From contig CAWBGG010000002.1 in NCBI GenBank assembly GCA_963788205.1, positions 193,988 through 257,987 of the forward strand: DNA of 64,000 nucleotides. The letters run 5' to 3'. Of the stretch, positions 60,664 through 64,000 are shown piece after piece. How positions within the stretch are numbered: the first letter of the stretch is position 1; every line of letters begins with the position of its first letter. This stretch comes from an uncultured delta proteobacterium (lineage in GTDB: Bacteria; Desulfobacterota; Binatia; Binatales; Binataceae). Both the position numbers and the translations under genes were made by a program. The notes below the pieces were generated by a model. The model saw only the letters and a program-made list of their open reading frames with translations. It made no database searches and had not been told where the DNA came from.

Positions 60664-62741
60664 CGCGCACCCGCAGATTGTCCCGAGTGCGCCTCGCGCT
60701 GGATGGTGGCGATCAGCGCCTGCGCGTTGCGGTCGTTGGGCGCGATCGCCAGTGCGGCGCGGCATTGCGTAAGCGCCTCCTGATCGCGCCCCAACTTGTG
60801 CAGCGCCAGGCCCGTCATCACGCGCGCGAATGGATCACGGGGCGACAGCGCCTGCGCTCGCAGGAAGCAGTCCAGCGCTTGCTGGTGGTTCTTCTCCCTG
60901 ATCGCGGTCATCCCCAGCATCGTCCACGCGCGCGGATCGTTTGGATCGTTCGCGGTGAGGTCGCGCAAAATCGCTTCCGCGCCCGGCAGATCGCCGTGAT
61001 TATATTTCAACTGCGCACGCGCCAGCGCCGCGACGTGCGCGCCGCCCGGCAGCGACTCGGCCTGCTTGAGCGCCGCCTCGGACTTGGCCTGGTCGCCAGT
61101 CAGATCGTAAACCTGGGCCAGGCCGACGTAGGCGTCGGCAGGCGGACTGGCAAGCCGCTTGAGCCCCTCCTCCTGTTCGGCTGCGGCCTGCTTGATATGG
61201 CCGAGCTGGGAATCGACTACGCCCAGGTCGTAGAGCGCGGCGCTCTGGGGATCGAGCTCTAGCGCGGCCTTGAACTCGCGCTGCGCGCCCGCCAGATCGC
61301 TGCGGTCTCTTAATGCCACGCCCAACCCGTAATAGCCGTCCACCTGGTCCGGGCTTTTTTCGATCAGCGCGGCATAGAAGGCCTCGTTGTCGCGCCAGGA
61401 ATACTGAACCTGCCAGAGCACGGCTGTGCAGACGATCAGGAACGCGGCGGTGGCGGCCCACACGATGCGCCTTATTATTTTGGATCGGTCCGCAAGACTT
61501 ACCGCAAAGTCCGCAACCATCAAGCACCATCCGACCGACGCGAAGTAGAGATAGCGGTCCTGCACAAACGCTCGATCGAAAAAGAGTCGAAGATTCACGA
61601 CCGGCGCCATCGCCACCGCTATCCATGCTGCAAAGAATAGGTAGCGGCGGCGATGGGGATGGTTGCGCACGGCGGCCGCAAACGCGGCGGCCAGCACGAG
61701 CACGATCGCAACCGGACCCCAGAAGTGCGGCGATGACGCGCTGGATACCGTCAGCATCGCGCGGCGAGGGCCGGCCAGCCACGGCATCGCGAGCAGCGCG
61801 ATGTATCCAACGATCACCCGCGGGAGGGTCAGGATCGTCAGCGCTGGCGTCAGGTGGGTGATCCACCCCGGCTGATGAAACAGAAACCCCAGCGACAACC
61901 TGCGAGCGATCAGATATCCGATCGCATCGCCCACAAACGGCACGGCGCAAATCAGGCTGCGGCGCAAGCGGGCGAGAATAGTATCGAGCTTGCCCTCCCA
62001 ACTCGCGGGCGCGCCGAGCGGCTCGATCAAAAATACGTAGAGGGCTATCAGGGCCGGGAAGAGCACGGCCGCTTCGTGAGTCAGGAGCGCGGCCGTGTAG
62101 AACAGTAGCGCGGGAAGCCAGCGCGTGGTGCTGGTGGATCGTGTGATGAAGAAATAAAACGCCGCGAGTTCGAGCACACCGCTCAGCGACATGTCAACCC
62201 CGGGCTCCCAGGCCACAGCCTCGGCGTGGAGGGGAATCAGCCCGAAGAGCAGGGCCGCCAAAGCCGCGATGCGGACGTCATCCGCCACCTGCATCGCGAT
62301 CTTGAACACGAACCAGACGCCGACCAGATGCAACAGCACGAGGCTCAAGTGCCAGGGCATGGGGTTGAGACCGAACAGATGAAACTGTATCGCAAGCCAA
62401 ATGTCCTGCAGCGGCCGGTAATACGAACTCTGCGGCAGATGCGCGGGATCGCGATACCAATACGGATCGCTCAGCAGCGATCTCCAGATGAACGACCACT
62501 GGCCGATGAGGCGGTTGCCGACGATCATGTCGAGATCGTCGAGGGAAAAGCGATTGCCCAGGCTTCTCAAATAGGCGCAGAAGGTGACCAACAGCACCCC
62601 ACCCGCTATGGCAGACTCGCGCCATCCACCGAAACCGGCGCTGACGCCTGCCGCGCTTGCGGGCGCAGGAGCCTTGATCGAAACGACCCGCCTCATCAGA
62701 CCGCTAACATTCGGGCGTTTCGCTGCCGCCGGCGCGGCCAA
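60660..62741 (-). CDS. TMTC-like membrane protein (DUF1736 + TPR), paralog 9
   Basis: 693 aa. ...FCAYLRSLGNRFSLDDLDMIVGNRLIGQWSF...YRPLQDIWLAIQFHLFGLNPMPWHLSLVLLHLVGVWFVFK...LLTHEAAVLFPALIALYVFL... + TPRs (...YYGLGVALRDRSDLAGAQREFKAALELDP...). Confidence 0.75.
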   Translation of the reverse strand: MAAPAAAKRPNVSGLMRRVVSIKAPAPASAAGVSAGFGGWRESAIAGGVLLVTFCAYLRSLGNRFSLDDLDMIVGNRLIGQWSFIWRSLLSDPYWYRDPAHLPQSSYYRPLQDIWLAIQFHLFGLNPMPWHLSLVLLHLVGVWFVFKIAMQVADDVRIAALAALLFGLIPLHAEAVAWEPGVDMSLSGVLELAAFYFFITRSTSTTRWLPALLFYTAALLTHEAAVLFPALIALYVFLIEPLGAPASWEGKLDTILARLRRSLICAVPFVGDAIGYLIARRLSLGFLFHQPGWITHLTPALTILTLPRVIVGYIALLAMPWLAGPRRAMLTVSSASSPHFWGPVAIVLVLAAAFAAAVRNHPHRRRYLFFAAWIAVAMAPVVNLRLFFDRAFVQDRYLYFASVGWCLMVADFAVSLADRSKIIRRIVWAATAAFLIVCTAVLWQVQYSWRDNEAFYAALIEKSPDQVDGYYGLGVALRDRSDLAGAQREFKAALELDPQSAALYDLGVVDSQLGHIKQAAAEQEEGLKRLASPPADAYVGLAQVYDLTGDQAKSEAALKQAESLPGGAHVAALARAQLKYNHGDLPGAEAILRDLTANDPNDPRAWTMLGMTAIREKNHQQALDCFLRAQALSPRDPFARVMTGLALHKLGRDQEALTQCRAALAIAPNDRNAQALIATIQREAHSGQSAGAR

Positions 62742-62781
62742 AATTTCGTGAGCGCCCCTCGCGTTCCGGACCTGCGGCGCT

Positions 62782-64000
62782 TCACCTCACTACAATCCTG
62801 TAGGCTATGCTGCCGTCCGGATAACGGATCACTACCTTGGGCGGAGCCGGAACGACGTCATCACCGGTGAAAACAAAAATGCCGTGGGGAAACACCCGCA
62901 CCAACGCGCCGGCGGCATTTTTCGCTATCGCCTCGTAAACCACGAAGGGGGAAACAAAGTAGTGCCGGCCGAAGCTTTTGATCACTTGACCCCTGAACCA
63001 CGCCCCCTTTACGTCAGCCGCGGTCTGAAACCATTTCGGAGGATACTGTTCGAAGACCAACATGTAGATATAGGCCTCGCTTATTCTCGGCGTGACAACC
63101 AGAACCTCCTTGCCGTCGTCGAGCCGCTTGATCTGCCTGGCAACTTCTCCCGCTCCATACTGAAAATATGGCGCCGACATCATTACGTAGTCGCCGAAAT
63201 ATGTTTTGCAAAACCGCGCGCTATGGAATATCACACCGGCCAGCAGCAGCGCCGCTGCGGCGCTCATGAGTAATACTCTTTTACGCAGCAACTCGAGCAG
63301 CGCGACAAATCCCAGCGCCGACACCAGGGTCCACGGCGCCATCGCCAGGGCGTCGTGCCGGGAGTCGGGGTGTGACATAAGCACTGCCGGCGACAAATCA
63401 GGGTTAACCGCGACGCGTGAGTAATCGCACAAAATAGACGCCGTAGGAATGTCAGTCTTTTCGAGCGCGAACGCTCCCAGCGGCACGGTGAGCATCGCCG
63501 GCAGCGCCGCGCATATCAGCCAGCCGAAAGTGAGTAGCGCAAACTTGCGGCGCCGGACGTTGAAAAAGGCCAGCGCTGCCAGCAATATCAAAGGCGCTTG
63601 TTCGGGCAGAAGCTGCCCGAAACCGGCCGGATGGAGCATCGTCCAATGGTCGCCCCGGTCACCGCGAAAAAACAGGAACGACGGTGTGAAATAGCTTATG
63701 AAGTTGGCGCCGAGGCTCTCGAGCCGCGCGCCCTTTGTTCCCAAGATCGAAATCACGCTGAAACGCTGCTGCATTTCAGGGTGCTTCCAGATTAAGATCG
63801 CCTGCGGCAAGGCCAGCAAGGCCACAATGGCCAACGCCAGCAGTGCGGTGCGCCTGTGGCCGTTAAGTTCGCGCCAGTAGGTCAGGATCAGCACCCCGAT
63901 CATGGGTGGCAAAAATGCCTTCACTATCGCGTAGCTATACAGCGATACGCCGAAGATTATTGCACTTAGTAGAAGCCATCGGTCCCGCCGCCACTTGAGC
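62782..64000 (-). CDS. GT39/PMT-like GT-C glycosyltransferase, C-terminal part (gene continues beyond window end); paralog of 21414-23162
   Basis: Reverse-strand frame open to the window edge. ...LALAIVALLALPQAILIWKHPEMQQRFSVISILG... is colinear with the 21414 protein (...LGLVALMAVPQAVLILRHPELQARFHILYLFD...), and the C-terminal VFTGDDVVPAPPKVVIRYPDGSIAYRIVVR matches VYPGIEVLPAPAAITVRYPDGRLAFSIIVK. Confidence 0.6.
   Translation of the reverse strand, partial: LKWRRDRWLLLSAIIFGVSLYSYAIVKAFLPPMIGVLILTYWRELNGHRRTALLALAIVALLALPQAILIWKHPEMQQRFSVISILGTKGARLESLGANFISYFTPSFLFFRGDRGDHWTMLHPAGFGQLLPEQAPLILLAALAFFNVRRRKFALLTFGWLICAALPAMLTVPLGAFALEKTDIPTASILCDYSRVAVNPDLSPAVLMSHPDSRHDALAMAPWTLVSALGFVALLELLRKRVLLMSAAAALLLAGVIFHSARFCKTYFGDYVMMSAPYFQYGAGEVARQIKRLDDGKEVLVVTPRISEAYIYMLVFEQYPPKWFQTAADVKGAWFRGQVIKSFGRHYFVSPFVVYEAIAKNAAGALVRVFPHGIFVFTGDDVVPAPPKVVIRYPDGSIAYRIVVR

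Overview
High-GC (about 65-70% by eye) bacterial chromosomal segment, gene-dense on both strands. I found no rRNA/tRNA, no CRISPR array and no recognisable transposase, integrase or phage genes.

Main content: polytopic membrane proteins of the GT-C glycosyltransferase type.
- Ten paralogous TMTC-like proteins: N-terminal DUF1736-type multi-TM domain with the Y-L-R-x-L-G-N-x-F-V-x-D-D motif, followed by TPR repeats.
- Three GT39/PMT-like enzymes (one truncated at the window end) and one ArnT-like enzyme.
- One YfhO-family protein.
- Several uncharacterised large membrane proteins occurring as paralog pairs.

Interleaved with these is the cytoplasmic machinery that normally feeds lipid-linked-sugar-dependent GT-C enzymes:
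- two reciprocal fusions of a GT2 polyprenyl-phosphate-sugar-synthase-like domain with a SAM methyltransferase, flanking GDP-L-fucose synthase (fcl);
- a UbiA-family decaprenyl-phosphate phosphoribosyltransferase-like enzyme;
- two family-3 acyltransferases and a sulfotransferase.

A roughly 1540-aa secreted beta-propeller/BNR protein with a long Pro/Thr/Ser linker (a classic O-glycosylation substrate) sits inside the cluster. My working interpretation is that the window is a large, essentially undescribed periplasmic protein/glycan O-glycosylation and glycan-decoration island.

Structural oddities:
- A tandem partial duplication (about 39.57-41.80 kb copied at 42.02-44.21 kb). Each copy is preceded by a ~190-bp repeat that carries an antisense fragment of the neighbouring acyltransferase gene.
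- Four genes interrupted by single-nucleotide frameshifts: two TMTC paralogs, one acyltransferase and the giant secreted protein. These are either genuine pseudogenes or indel errors of the assembly.
- Several lower-GC islets encoding small secreted proteins.

Functions are inferred from motifs I recognise by eye. No database search was run.
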